A stretch of 64,000 nucleotides of DNA, taken from the NCBI GenBank assembly GCA_035221665.1, contig CM069165.1:18352001-18416000 (forward strand). The letters run 5' to 3'. This stretch comes from Okamejei kenojei (lineage: Eukaryota). Positions 27,341 through 40,826 of the stretch are shown in pieces (within the stretch, counting starts at the first letter, position 1; each line of letters begins with the position of its first letter). The notes beneath the pieces are model-generated. The model was not told where the DNA came from, searched no databases, and saw only the letters and a program-made list of their open reading frames with translations. The translations under genes were made by a program, and so were the position numbers.

Positions 27341-27955
27341 CTTATGTTGGCTGCTTTCCCATGGCAACATAAAGTGTAGCTGGAATCAATGAAGGGGGGC
27401 CAGTTTGAATGATGGACTTAGCTACATACTCAACTCTCTGAAATATTTTCCATTCTTGAATAGAGTTGTTGCAAAAGCAAGTTGTAATGCATCCAATGAG
27501 ATGCCGTTTAGGGTGCATCTGTGGAAATCTGGTCAGGGTTTTTGGAGATGCCAAACTACCTTAGATTTCTGAGGAAGTAGAGGTATTGGTGTACATTTTT
27601 GATCATAGCTTCAATGGGGTCCAGGACAAATTATTGGTGGCATTTCGGCCCAGGATCCTGAAGCTCTTCGCCATCTCCACTCAGTCATCAATGTTGCCAA
27701 CTGGGGCATGTACACCACCTTGTTTCATGAAGTGAGTGAGTGACCAGCTCCTTCATCTTGCTGACAGTGAGATAAAGATTGTTATCTAGAAACAATGTTA
27801 CTAAGCTCTCTGTCTCCTTTATGTACACTGTCTTGTCATTTTTTGGCACCTGGCCCGCTACGGTGATGTCACCTGCAAACTTGTAAACGGAGTTTGAACA
27901 GAATTTGGCCAGAAAATCGTTTGAGTATATTAAGGGGCTCAGAACATATCCTTCC
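27341..27955 (-). mobile_element. Decayed Rex1/Babar-type fragment
   Basis: Minus ORF MASPKTLTRF...IGCITTCF; tacaagtttgcaggtgacatc (decayed KFADD) near 27865-27885. Confidence 0.7.
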
Positions 27956-28394
27956 TCAACAACTTGTGTACAAGCACGCTTAAAACTAGAAATTATTATT
28001 TGTCAATTTGCCTGAATTACATTTTGTATATGTGTTATGTGGGATACCAAATCATAAAAAGATTAATTGACTCGGAGAGGGTGATAATTGTTTCAATGCA
28101 ATTTACATCACTTAACGATTTCAATTTACACAAGTGGTTCAAATACTAAAAGGAAGAGTTTAGTGCTTATTGCTTGCACTTTATTCAAAAGCTGCCAGCA
28201 TACTGGGCATGGAACTGTTATGGATTTTAGCATTTACATGATGATTATGACTGTTAAAGCTAATAAATTTGGATGCAGTGATACAGCGATTTCCTTGAAT
28301 TATTTATCCGTGCAATTGCTTTGCTTGATTTAAGCCTACAGGATGTCATGGCCAACAAAATTCATATTACGCATTCACAATTATAGAAATAACA

Positions 28395-28660
28395 TGAAAG
28401 AATAATGACTGTAAAGCCAGACCATGCTATAAAGTACTTTTGAAATATAGTTACTGCTGTAATTTAGAAAGATAGTTCAAAAATAGTGGTGATCAAATCA
28501 TCTGTTTAGATGACGTGATTAAATATGGACTTCAGGAGAATGTTACTCGTTTACAAGTGCAGAGGGACTTCTATTTTACTGCAATGCGAGCACATGAACA
28601 CAGTCTTACTTCAAAGCCTTATTAGAAAGATGACAAGTTCCTTACCACCACACCCAAGCA
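28395..28660 (-). mobile_element. DeuSINE-like relic
   Basis: Reverse-complement similarity to 6600-6800 (aagtacttttgaaatatagttactgctgtaat; aaatcatctgttt). Confidence 0.45.
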
Positions 28661-29149
28661 CTGCCCATCTAACATGCCTCTGTACACCGTTCTGATAGAA
28701 CAGCACATTAGATAATTTATCCTATTTCAGTATAATATTCCCCAGTTCCACCCTTCTAACAAGCATATCTCCTCAGCATTGCCCCTCTCACAGTAGCATG
28801 TTCTAGCTGTTACCAGGCAAGGCAGCCCTCGTTCAGAAATTTATTTTAGGGGAATGCAGTTTATCCTTTAATTTTCCAAATGTATGCAATGAGCAGATCA
28901 GAAATTCTGCTTCATAACTAGGTAAGCTCAGGTTTTTTTTTCCTGAAATTAGATATATTATTCTTCAATAGAAGGAGATTGTTGTACTGCAGGTTGACCA
29001 ATACCCTGAATGATGAAGAGTGGTTAAGCAATATTTATATAATTATATAATATATAATTTCTCATTATAAATCTCAAACACTAAGGCATTTTACGTTCAA
29101 TAACTACATTGTGGAGTAAACCTACCACGACCAATTATTTTGAAGTTTG

Positions 29150-29660
29150 AATCTATAGTTCTCTGAAAGTGGTCCAGAGGTAGAGATGGTAGTAAAGAAG
29201 GCATGTGCCATGCACACCTTCATAGATTGAGGCACAGAATATAAAAGTTTGGGTGTTAGGTTGCAACTTTACAAAACACTGGTTTGACCGCACTTGCAGT
29301 ACCGTGTGCTGTTCTGTTCGACAAAGGATGTTCTTGCACAGGAGAGGATGCAGAGGTGATTCGGCAGGGTAGATTGTCAGAATCTTTTCACCATATTAAG
29401 AGAATCAAAAACAAGACAACAAAGGTTATGGTGAGAGAAAGAAGATTTGAGGGGAAAGGCCCTTTTCAAAACATGAGAGCAGATGATATCTCAATCTCAC
29501 TGTCAGTTGTGGCGGTGGAATCAGGTACAATCATTCAGTTACAATCACTCAGTAGGTAAGGCGTAGAAGGAACCTAATCTACGATGGGCAAATGGTACTA
29601 GAATGGATAGGTATGAAGGTAGGCATGAACATGGTGGGCCAAAGGGCCACCATCTTGTTT
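29150..29660 (+). mobile_element. Decayed CR1 3' fragment
   Basis: gtagtaaagaaggcatg...tacaaaacactggtttgaccgcacttgcagtac...gtgggccaaagggcc. Confidence 0.65.
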
Positions 29661-30065
29661 TTGGTCCTGCTGGGGGTCCACAGCCCCCTCCTTACCTGGC
29701 AAACCAGGTGGGGGAGACGGTTATCTGACCAGGGACCAGGCAGCACGGGATTACATGGTTGTCATTTTCTAAAATATTTCAAGACCTACACTTAGCTTAT
29801 TATTACTGAAGTGAGTCATATACTCTGATAATGAGTCATAACTAATAACTGTTTAGCAAGAGAATGCAATAACAATATGATCCCAAAATGCAGAGAGTGC
29901 TGAATGTGACAAAAACAATATATCAAAGTTGGATAAGGTTTTGTGATTCTTTATTTGTATTCATGAGCTAAAACTTTAACATGATCTATTCATCTTCTCT
30001 GCTGACAAAAATGTTTTAAAAGGTTATTGCAGCCAATGTAGAGCCACAAGTTTAATACTACTTAA

Positions 30066-30358
30066 GCACAGTGGCACAGCGGTCGAGTTACTGCCTTACA
30101 GCGCCAGAGACCCAGGTACTATCCTGACCACAGGTGCTGTCTATACAGAGTTGGTACATTCACCCCATGACTCTCCAGGATCTCCAGAATAGTGTTTCCT
30201 TCCACACTATAAAGACAAACGGGTTTGTAGGTTAATTGGTTTGGTAAAATTATAAATTGTCCCTATCGTGTCAGATGGTATTAGAGTACGGGGATCACTG
30301 GTCGGCGCGGACAAGGTGGGCCGAAGGGTCTGTTTCTGCGCTATATCTCTAAACTAAA
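30066..30358 (+). mobile_element. HE1-type V-SINE
   Basis: tRNA head, V-domain tttccttccacactataaagac, CR1-like tail gggccgaagggtctgtttctgcgctatatctctaaactaaa. Confidence 0.85.
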
Positions 30359-32454
30359 TGTAATGGTAGAACATGCTGTGATTAAACAACACCATGTTAA
30401 TCAGACCATGAGTTTATTATCTATCTGTGCATTACAGATCTATATATCAATACATGCACACAAATTAATTTAGTCCCAAGCAGAGATGACCAGATCCATT
30501 AAAAATCTGTCCAGTGCCAGTTAGAAGACAGTTTGAAAATACCTTTGCACACAAATAACTGCTGTAGATTCTGGCTCAGTTTATAACTTTAAATCCAATG
30601 CCAGTACATTCATGACAGCCAAAGGTTGGAAAGAATATGGAGCCAAGTCAGCAAGATGGAGTCAGCGCACAGATCCACCACGACATCCTTAAATGGCGGA
30701 AGGTGCTCAAAGAGCTGAGATATCTCCATTTCTGATGCTTTTCGTCGCAGTCTTAAAAAGATTTTTACCCATGTCACCTTGTCTTGGCCATTGCTGTTTC
30801 AATTCAATGTTACTTGCTATTAGTTCTACCAGTACAAACCTTCAATAATGGCAAATTAGATAATGCACTAAATTAGATCGAATGGATAACTTTCATCTTG
30901 TAATTTCTGGTTGAAGTAGAGCAAGGAAGGAAAATGAAATAATAAACTGGAGAAACTTGAAGCTAGGTTCACATAATGTGGTGTGTTATTTTCCAGAATC
31001 AATATTTGGGCAATAAGAATGAGAATGGAATTATTTCCTCATTTCTGTACAATTTCAGCACGACTGACCTGAAGTTCTCGAGAACAGTATATCCAGGCCA
31101 GTTACTACAGTTACTACAGTTAAACAACAAATGGACTTGGCCGTATAATATACTAATAATTACGTGGATTCTGAACTTGTTAAAGTCACTGTATTCAAAA
31201 ATACTTTCATGGAATAGAATGGATTTGTTCATTTCTTTGGTCATTTATACTAACACTTTCAATGACTAAGCTGGTTCTACACATGGACTTGATACGAGGA
31301 AGATGTTCTATGAACATAAACATTGTTTTCCAAAAGACTTGTTAAAAAAGTGATATTCTTGGATGGTTTGTTAATCTGTGATGGGATTCACCATTGCTTG
31401 TATATTACAGGCTGCCTTCCACTGTGTAAACCAAGAAATCCAAACAGAAAACTCCTTGGCAATAATTGTACAGTACTTTAGTGGTAAGTCCTGCTCTACT
31501 CTAAGGCTACAAGGTAGGTACAAGACTTATAACTGATATCACTAAAACAGAAGCAGAGAAACTCATGCCAGACACCTTTTGTGGCCACTGATTTATAACA
31601 AGGAGATCATTTTGCCGCTTGCCACAGATCACTACAACCCATGATTGGTATTATGACAGGTGAAGCACATAGTATCAATGCCAATAGTACCTCTGTAGAC
31701 ACATCATTTATCATGTAGCAGAAATGCATGGCTTAAACTCAAATTTTCCTTCAGCTGAGCTAAGTGAATTGTAAGCAGAGGGCAGTGATAAATCTCTGCT
31801 GTGTGCTTCACAGTGGGAAGGTAGCTTTATAAGGAGGGTCGTGCATTAGAATGATTTATGGAGCCATCAATGTGAACAGCAGGATGGAAAAACTCTCTAA
31901 AAAAGGTCTCTCCAAAACATTATGAGTATTTGAATAAAAGCTTTAACTTTAAAGATATTAAATATACAATATATTCATCTGAGAATAAGTACTTTTATTC
32001 ATTTCATCAAATGGAAACCTCACTTATGTTGCCGAGTTTCCCAAGAAATATACTTCAAGCAAATCACCACATGTGCAAGCATAAAAAATGTAAAACCTCA
32101 GAATGCTAGAAGTAGTAGCTACAGATTCATTAATATATGAAAATAGATTATGTTTGCTTGATGTTTCTTTCTTAAAATGACAATAAACTCGGACATAATA
32201 CTTGTTGGGGAAAGAAGAATTGAGATAGCAATGGGGGCTGGGTGTAAAATGGTGTTAGATTTTACATTGTGTAAAATTAAGTGGTGTAAAACAATCAGCA
32301 CATCTGGAATCAATAGGAACATAAGGTATAGAGTGGAATTAAGTACGGTGGAATGGTGGCCAATGGGAACAATAGAGGGACCGGAGAGAAGAGGTGAAGA
32401 GAGAGAAAAGATTGGAGGGTGATAGGGAATCCGATGGAAGAAGTCTGTGAGTGA

Positions 32455-32740
32455 TGAATTTACCAGAATGTTGCCCGGATGAGAGGGTATTGGCTATAAA
32501 GAGAGATTGGACAGACTTGAATTGGGTTTTTTTCTGGAGAATAGAGGTTGAGCGGAGACCTGGTCAAAGTTTATAAAATTATGAGAGGCATAGACAGGGT
32601 TGACAATCAAAACCTTTTCCCAAGGTGGAAATGTTAAAGACTAGAAGACATAGCTTTAAAGTCTGAGGGGAAAAGTTTAAAGGTGATTGTGCAGAGTAAG
32701 ATTTTTGTTTTGCACAAAGATTGGGTGGGGGTTCGGGACA
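32455..32740 (+). mobile_element. CR1 ORF2 C-terminal fragment
   Basis: tttaccagaatgttgcccgga...agaggttgagcggagacctg; similar to 62115-62400. Confidence 0.7.
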
Positions 32741-33224
32741 TGCTTTCCCACAATGACATCAGTTTAAGATTGAAATTCAATCTTCTGTTTCTTGCTGCAC
32801 TGGGAAAGTGAGTATGAAGTTATGGTATTGTTCAAGTTTCCTAGCTCTCAGGAAGGCTGCCTGGTTAATCTGCCAGGGTTAAACCAAACTCCACACTGAC
32901 AGCACCGTAGGTCAGGATCAAATGCAGGTCTTTGGCACTGTGAGACAGCAGGTCTACCAGCTACACCACCAGGCTACTTCTGGAAGAAAGACGAGGTGTT
33001 TTATAATGGAAGTTCATTTCAATGCTATTAATTGATTTTCTGGTCCTTTTAAATGGGGTGGGAGATTTCAACTTTCACGTGTTCCACCCTGTTTCAACGA
33101 ATGCTATCAACCTGGCGGGCACAAACAGAAGATCAAACAGAAAAAGTTGTCTTACAACTTTAGGCTGTGCACGTCATACGCAAGAAGAAGAAAGTTTAAA
33201 GAAAATAATTTTTCTATCTCCTTA

Positions 33225-34090
33225 AAAATGCTCAGCAACTTGACCTCCATGGTATTCTGCAATGGAGAATTCCACTGGTTCACCAAACTAAGTGAAGACA
33301 TTTAATTTCATCTCAGTCTTACATTTCTTACTTCATATACAGAGCGTGCTATTCCTTGTTTTTAGGCACTCCAATGAAGGGAAACAACTTCCTCACATCT
33401 AGTCAAACCAATCTCTCCTTGCAGAACTGTCCTAACATCTCAGGCATCAGTCAGGTGAACCTTTATTGCCTTTCAAAGATGAGGAGACTGAAACTAGTCA
33501 CAATACTCCACTGTGGTCTCACCAAGACTCTGTAAAATGCAGTAAGTCATTCCTGCTCCTGGATTCAAAACCGTTTGCAATATACTATCAAGCCTAACAT
33601 ACTATTTACCTCAACGGCTTGCACTGCCTGCATATTTGTTTTCAATGGTACTGTAAAGGACACATACATCCTATTTCTCCATCTCTTCACCGGTTAGGTT
33701 ATGCTCAGGTGTTCTGCATTTCCTACCAAAGCGGATAACTTCACATTTATCCTCATCATACTACTTCAGCCTAATACTTAACTACTCTCTCAATATGTCT
33801 CAATCACCTGAAGCCTCTTTGCCATCAGTTTTATGTTTTCAGAAAACTTTGAAATCCTACATTCATATATATCCCTCATCCAAATATTGTGATTAGCTGA
33901 ATCTGCAGCACAAATTCCTACAGTACTCATCTAGTCACTATCTGCCACCTTGAAAAAGCCCCATTCTGTCAACCAATCTTCAATCCTTGCCAGTATATTA
34001 CTCCAATTATTATGTGCTTTAATTCTGCAAAATAACCTTTTAAGTGGGATTTTATTAAATACCCTCTGAAAATGCAATACACCACATACC
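33225..34090 (-). mobile_element. Decayed CR1 ORF2 fragment
   Basis: caatactccactgtggtctcaccaagactctgtaa is the reverse complement of the LVRP.LEY region. Confidence 0.65.
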
Positions 34091-36284
34091 TTATCTATTC
34101 CGCCAGTTACGACTTCTCACATTTCAAATATTACATCTCAACAAATCACAAGTAGCTGAGCAAAAAGAGCCAGTTAATTTTGGCTGCTTTTTCTAAGCTT
34201 CATTAAATTACCTTCTTCCCAGAATGAAAGATAGAGATTTACAAGCAGTACCTATTCCGCAGAAAATGATTGTAACAGGTTAAGTAAGTTGTATTGAGAA
34301 TAAACTAATTGAGAAATGAGATGAGGTGGTCATTTCCTTCAGGGGGGATAGTTTGTAGTGGCCTCAAAAACTCAAATCAGTTCATCTCCACAGCCAACAT
34401 TAGCATATTGTTCCACTTCATCCATAGGCATCCTCCTGTTAAAGTATATTATATTTCAGCTTATATCTCACGTAGAATGAAGGAATAATTCTTTCAACTT
34501 TTTTATTCAAATAATTCAATACAAATTCCTTGCCACAGATAATCCAATGCATGAACGTATTTACAGTCAATACACATTTGTTCCAGTTTATTAACTATCA
34601 TTTAGCCATATGCTAATTTATTAGCAAGGGGGATAATCAGCCCAATCAAATCACTGGAAGCATAATTCAAAGCAGTTTATGTCTATCATTGTTTCTTTCA
34701 TCTGCCTTACAGGTTGAGAGGAAAATGTTTAAATCACTTCTTTTTTTTTGCAATAACATGATATAAGCGGGTGTCTTCATTGAGGTTAGCTGTCCAAGCC
34801 TCGCTCAGAAGCTTGGTGAGTGCTTCTGGCCCTGAAATGTAGCTCTATCATACTGTGGGGATGTTCAACTACTATCCTCTCCCATCATTGTAGAACCGAC
34901 GCTCCTCCTAATTTAGCATTTCTGACTGGTTTCCTAACTATAACAAGCTACAGACTGCTCCAAGCTCATTAACTGCTGGGTGAAGAGTCCTCGAGAGTTG
35001 TGTTTAATTACACCACCTATTTGTATCTTCTGAAACAATAATTTAAAGGAATCAGTTAAACTAATCGCAATGTCGTCGAGCTTTAAATTCCCACAGAAAA
35101 AAAATAATGTATCCTGGCTCTAAAACCAGAAGGGAAAAATAATTCAATGTCAAGACATTGCAGGCAGTCTCCTACTTAAAGTGTTTCGTCAATAAACTCT
35201 GCAACATGGTTGATTCATCAATACAGTGGCCTTTCAGTTCAGCTTATTGCAATTTATTTTCTATTGTGATGCATGCAAAATCTATTCCAAGATGCTGGAA
35301 AATGTCATCAGTGGGGAAAAGGCACAAACTCCAAGTCGTTGACCATTTCCTAACGTTCCCATTAAACGCCAACACGATAAAACAGTATCAGCAGCTTACC
35401 CTGAGTATTGCCTTCTGGAGGTATTTGTAAATAAAGTTTGGATGTCATCAGCATGACCACATCCATAAATCTTCAACAGGTCCCAGAGTATCTCAAGCAA
35501 TAAATTTATAAAGTGACATCACATCATAACTAAATAGACAAGGAATGTAACAATTATAATCTTTAAACATGTGCAAATTCTAGTCGGTTTCTTATAACTA
35601 ACATTACCCTGATCATTTCGTAAAACTGATTCAATTCTTTTTTACATAATTCCCGGAAACTTGCATTACCATTAACCGAGGGAATAATCTGTGATGTTAT
35701 AACAAACAATATGATTTGTGATAGGCCTGATGACATTCTCATTTACTTGTGTTTGAATGTTCAAATATCTGCACTCAGTAATTACAATCTCTACCTCATT
35801 GGAATTACAACTAGACTTTGAGTCAGAAACAAGCTAAAAAATATTTTAAGTGCATTGCAAAGCACAACACAATAAATAGTTTATATTTTCATATACTTTC
35901 AGTGATCAGCCTATATTCTCAAACAAATGATCTAAATTTCTTCACAGAAAGGCAGAATTTGAACAAGAACAAGTAAGCCTGGTGAATAAACGCCAATGGG
36001 GGAATATTTCCGCTGGCTGGAAGGTGGAGATCAATCATGTCTGCAACAAGACATCTCTGTAGGTTCCTCAGGACAATTTCCTAGCACAATGATGTTGGAT
36101 TCAGGACTCTATTTGTCATAAGGTCAGAATTAGTGATAAAAAGCCATTTCTTAAGTTTGGTATTCACTCCTCATCTAATGTAATAATTGCTGCCACAAGC
36201 AACAATTCATAGACACCACCATCACTCGGGATGAAAAATCATTTGGTATCCATGGTGCACACTATGACAGTCAGTGTCCAGTAA

Positions 36285-39057
36285 GATTTCAATCAAAAAA
36301 GATACTCTTCATATAATCTAAGACGATTGTTTAATATTATATATTCGAAAAGAAGTGATAAAAAAGATTTAGTAGTTATCTCGCTTGATGCAGAAAAAGC
36401 TTTTGACCAAGTGGAATGGCCTTATTTATTTTCAGTAATGGAAGCCTTTAAACTAGGAGAGGAATTTATTACTTGGATTAAATTATTATACGCAAACCCA
36501 ACAGCAAGAATAACAACAAACGAATGTTATCAATCAAATTTATTTATCACGAGGTTGTAGGCAAGGTTGTCCTTTATCACCTTTATTGTTTGCATTAGCT
36601 ATAGAACACTTGCTCAGAGGATAAGACTGCGGAAATATATGGATATGATACCACAGATACTAAGAATAAAATCTCCTTATATGCAGACGATGTATTACTT
36701 TATATCACTCAACCAGAAATAAGTATTCGAAACCTGTTAAAATTAATAACGGAATTTGGAACACTTTCAGGATACAGTATTAATTGGAATAAAAGTGAGC
36801 TTATGCCAATAACACTGAATAATTTACATATATTACAACAATTCCTTTTAAGATAACAAATGAAAATATTAAATATCTTGGGATTTTTGTTACAAAAAGA
36901 TTTAATTCTTTATTTAAATTTAATTTTCCCCCATTACTGAATAAATTGAACAAGAATATTTCATATTGGAAAAGTTTACCTATCTCGATGATAGGAAAAT
37001 TAATGCAATAAAAATGATATTTCTCCCACAATTATTATATTTATTTCAATTAATCCCGATATATCTTCCAAAAGTTTTTTTAAAAAAGTAGATTCTTTAA
37101 TTACGAATTTTATTTGGGATTATAAGACTCATAGAATAAATAAAAAACATTTATGCAAATCTAAAATAAAAGGAGGATTAGCATTACCAAACTTTATGTT
37201 CTATTACTGGGCAGTCAATATTAAAAATATGAATTTTTGGTTAGGAGAAATTGATAATAAACCTAATTGGTTAAATATGGAAAAAGAAGATTGTTCTCCA
37301 TTTGAAATTAGCTCTATAATATTTGCTAATACTAATGTTGCTAAGAAAGTTTTTAAGGAAAATCCGATAATAGAAAATGGAATTCGCATATGGAAACAAA
37401 TAAAGAAAGCATTAAAACTAAAATCTATCCATTAAGTCTTAAGATTGTTAATAATTTTATGTTTAAACCTTCTTTATTGGATAAAGCTTTTTTACAATGG
37501 AAAAATAAAGGAATTTCTAAGATGGGTGATCTTTACAAGGAAAACATTTTTCTTTCATTTCAAGAGTTGCAACAAACTTACGGGCTACATAATAAAGAAT
37601 ATTTTAGATATTTACAAATTAGAAACTATGCCTTCGCAAATATATATGAATTTAAAAATAGAAAAATAGAAACATTAGAGGAATGTTTGAACAAACATCC
37701 AAATATGGAAAAAATGATATCATATATATATAATATTTTACTGGAAAACGATACCCCATCAACAGAAACATACAGAGAGTCTTGGGAAAAGGAATTGGGT
37801 CAAATAATAAGACCAGAAATATGGGAAGAAAGTTTACAACATATACATTATTGTTCATTAAACGCTAAACATTCTCTTATACAGTTTAAAATATTACATA
37901 GATTACATTATTCTAAATATAAATTACATAATATTTTCTCAAAGATATCTCCTATATGTGATAAATGTCAAATTTCAGAAGCAAATTTGACACACTCATT
38001 TACCAACTGTATAAAAATTGTAGAATATTGGAAGGAAATATTTAAAATAATATCGGCCGTTATTAATAAAAATATAACCCTGACCCAAAGTTAATTATAC
38101 TTGGAATTATTGAAACCGATTTATCAATAACAATGAGTCATAGAACTTTTATTGACTATGGTTTAGTAATTGGGAAGAAATTAATATTAAAATTTTGGAA
38201 AGGCCCTACATCCCCAACAATTAAAATGTGGAATATAGAAATGTCGGAGACACTCCATTTGGAGTGATTGAGGTTTGTCCTTATGGATATGCTAGATCTC
38301 TTCAGACGGATTTGGTCTCCATATATTGAATATTTACAGGGTCATAATAGTTCGGCGCGGGGACCTGACTGAAACCTGGATACCCGATTGGATGAAGAAA
38401 CATATATTAATTCATGAATATATCTATAAACACGGATCATTGACGAATACTTTATTCTCCATCAAACCTTTTATTTTTACTCTTTACTACCTTTCTTTTT
38501 TTTTAAATCTTTCTATTTTCCTATATCTATATAAAAATTTTTTTAAAAAAATGTAGAAACACATTACTTTAATTTTTTGATATTAGTACGAATATAAATA
38601 TTATTAGATTTATGAGAATATTATTAATATTATTAGTACTTTTAGTTTTATATACCTTTAATTATATAAAATTACGTATTCTTTATTACGTATAATTATC
38701 CTTAATATTAGGAAGAAAAAAAAATGGAAATTTTATAAGTTTTATTAACTTTTTGTATCAATATTATTACTAAATTTGGCCTTATACCTAAAAAATTAGA
38801 GATAAAATGAAAAACTTACTAATAGTATAATGCTATATTATAAATGTATTATTAGTATTATGTACTTTTAATCATATAAAATATATAACTTTGGAAGTTA
38901 TAATTAAGGATAATACAGCATAAATAATATTGATATTATTATTAATATATTAATAGTATGAATTAATACTAAGACTATGTACTACTACTGTAGAAATGTA
39001 ATATGTTATTTTGTTTCTATAATAAAAAAAATTCAAAAAAAAAAAAAAAAAAAAAAA
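36285..39057 (+). mobile_element. 5'-truncated L1-clade LINE (RT to C-terminus, AT-rich 3' region, poly(A))
   Basis: [34 protein letters not shown] (~36679), GGLALPN, C-terminal CDKC...H...C; AATAAA at 39021 and A-tract to 39058; imperfect TSD agtgtcca(g/a)taa at 36273-36284 and 39058-39069. Confidence 0.9.
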
Positions 39058-39321
39058 AGTGTCCAATAATTTCAATCAACAATTTTTGATGTTTAATGAT
39101 ACTAACATAATTAATTTCTTGACCTTCAACATCCCAAAGCTCAACAATGACCAGACATCTAATTGCATTAGCCATATAAATGCTATGACTACACATCAAA
39201 AGCTGTCTTTCCTTTGATGCCACCTGATTTACCAATGTTTTTAACCATGTACAATGTTCAACGGAAGTCTGATGAAATGGCTTACTTTACTAAATGACTG
39301 CAGCTCCCACATTTCAATAAG

Positions 39322-39450
39322 TTCATAAGACATAATAGCGGAATTAGGTCATTTAGCCTATCAAGTCAACTCCACCATTAAATCATGACTGATGTATCTT
39401 TTTCTCACAACCCTTTACTCCTGCTTTCTCCCCATAACGTTGTCACCCTT
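39322..39450 (-). mobile_element. CR1 3' UTR fragment
   Basis: Reverse complement of a CR1 tail (gaattaggtcatttagcctatcaagtc...cctgctttctccccataac). Confidence 0.65.
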
Positions 39451-39686
39451 ACACAGCTGAAAAGCTTTCCACGGGTTTGGGCAGGTATCTCATCCTCCAC
39501 CATCTTAACCACTCACTTTCGCTGGCAGTAAATTACTGGAAATAAAATTAATAATCTACAAGATTTAGCGCAGCAACTTTCCATGGTCTCTTTGATGCCC
39601 TGGCCATCAATGTTAGCCAACTTGAAAAACTAGGTTAACACCATTATATTCAAAAGAACAAAGGACTTTATTTTCCAATTAGAAAC

Positions 39687-39916
39687 AAGGAACTACAGAT
39701 GCTGGGTTATAAAAAAAGGCACAAAGTGTTGGAGTAACTCAGAGGGTCAGGCACCATCTCTGGAGACAATAAATAGGTGATGTTTCGGGTCATGACGAAA
39801 AAGGGTCCAACCCAAAACATTACCTATCCATTTTCTCCAGAGATGCTGCCTGATCTGTTGAATTATTCCAGCACTTTGTGTCACTCTTTGGTATGAACCA
39901 GCATCTGCAGTTCCTT
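39687..39916. mobile_element. Fold-back pair of Penelope-derived tails, centre deleted
   Basis: aaggaactacagatgctgg...gagtaactcag mirrored by ...ccagcactttgtgtc...ccagcatctgcagttcctt. Confidence 0.8.
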
Positions 39917-40527
39917 CTTATTACATGAATCAGATTAGTAACTTGTTTACATGCATACAACAATCAATGTGGCTGCCTAGGCCATCAATCTACTAGAACA
40001 ACATCAGAAAAAGTCTGCAAAATAACAGATTGGAAAATGAATAGTCTTTCCATCCAGCAATCGTCCTCACATATCTTTAATATTTTTAATCAAAAATCAT
40101 TTCTCTTGAACAATTTTCATTTACCAATTTCCTGCAAGCAACGATTGTTTAAAGAATGTTTAAACAGCTGTGAGTCATCATCATAAGATTATTTATTTGA
40201 ACAAAGTTGGTTAATTTGCAATGAGCAGGTTAAAATCTGAGATGCATTCCATCTTCTAATTAGTTTTACTGACTGGCTGATTTGCTATAGCATTGCTCCT
40301 TGGTATATCCAGATCATATTCCAGATTAACGTTCTATTTAACTTTGCGTCTTTAATGTAACTGCTGAAATGCCTCCTTTGAGAAAGAGGTCCAAATAGTT
40401 ACATCCAAAAGTTAATCAGTGTTTAATTGCCGAAGAATTATGTATATCTAAAACTTCTGACCACTGGAGACGGGTTAAATCATCAAAGTGAATCAAAATC
40501 AACACAAAATTGGTTGCTATAAGGCAA

Positions 40528-40826
40528 GTCACGGTGGCGCAGTGATAGAGCTGCTGCCTTACAGCAAATGCAGACCCGGGTTCGATCCCGATTATGGGTG
40601 CTGCCTGTACGGAGTTTGTACGTTCTCCCCGTGACCTGCATGGGTTTTGTCCGATATCTTAGGTTTCCTCCCACACTCCAAAGAGGTACAGGTTTGTAGG
40701 TCAATTGGCTTGAGAAATGTAAAAATTGTCCCTAGTGGGTGTAGTATAGTGGTAATGTGCGGGGATCGCTGGTCGGCGAGGACCTGGTGGGCTGAAGGGC
40801 CTGTTTCCGTGCTGTATCTCTAAACT
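40528..40826 (+). mobile_element. HE1-type V-SINE, well preserved
   Basis: A box tggcgcagtga, B box ggttcgatccc (40580-40590), V domain ggtttcctcccacactccaaaga, CR1-derived tail. Confidence 0.9.

Noticed and set aside
30976-31269. Overlapping 97-aa and 81-aa ORFs in unique DNA
   Set aside because: No domain motif or convincing splice context; consistent with chance ORFs.
38555-39020. Mitochondrial or endosymbiont insertion
   Set aside because: AT-rich but with no recognisable gene, tRNA or rRNA motif.
39517-39535. 19-nt minus-strand micro-exon candidate (tttatttccAG...GTGAGT)
   Set aside because: Good splice signals but no homology or expression support.
40528-40600. tRNA gene
   Set aside because: A and B boxes are followed by the V domain and LINE tail; it is a SINE head, as at 3568, 30066 and 43332.
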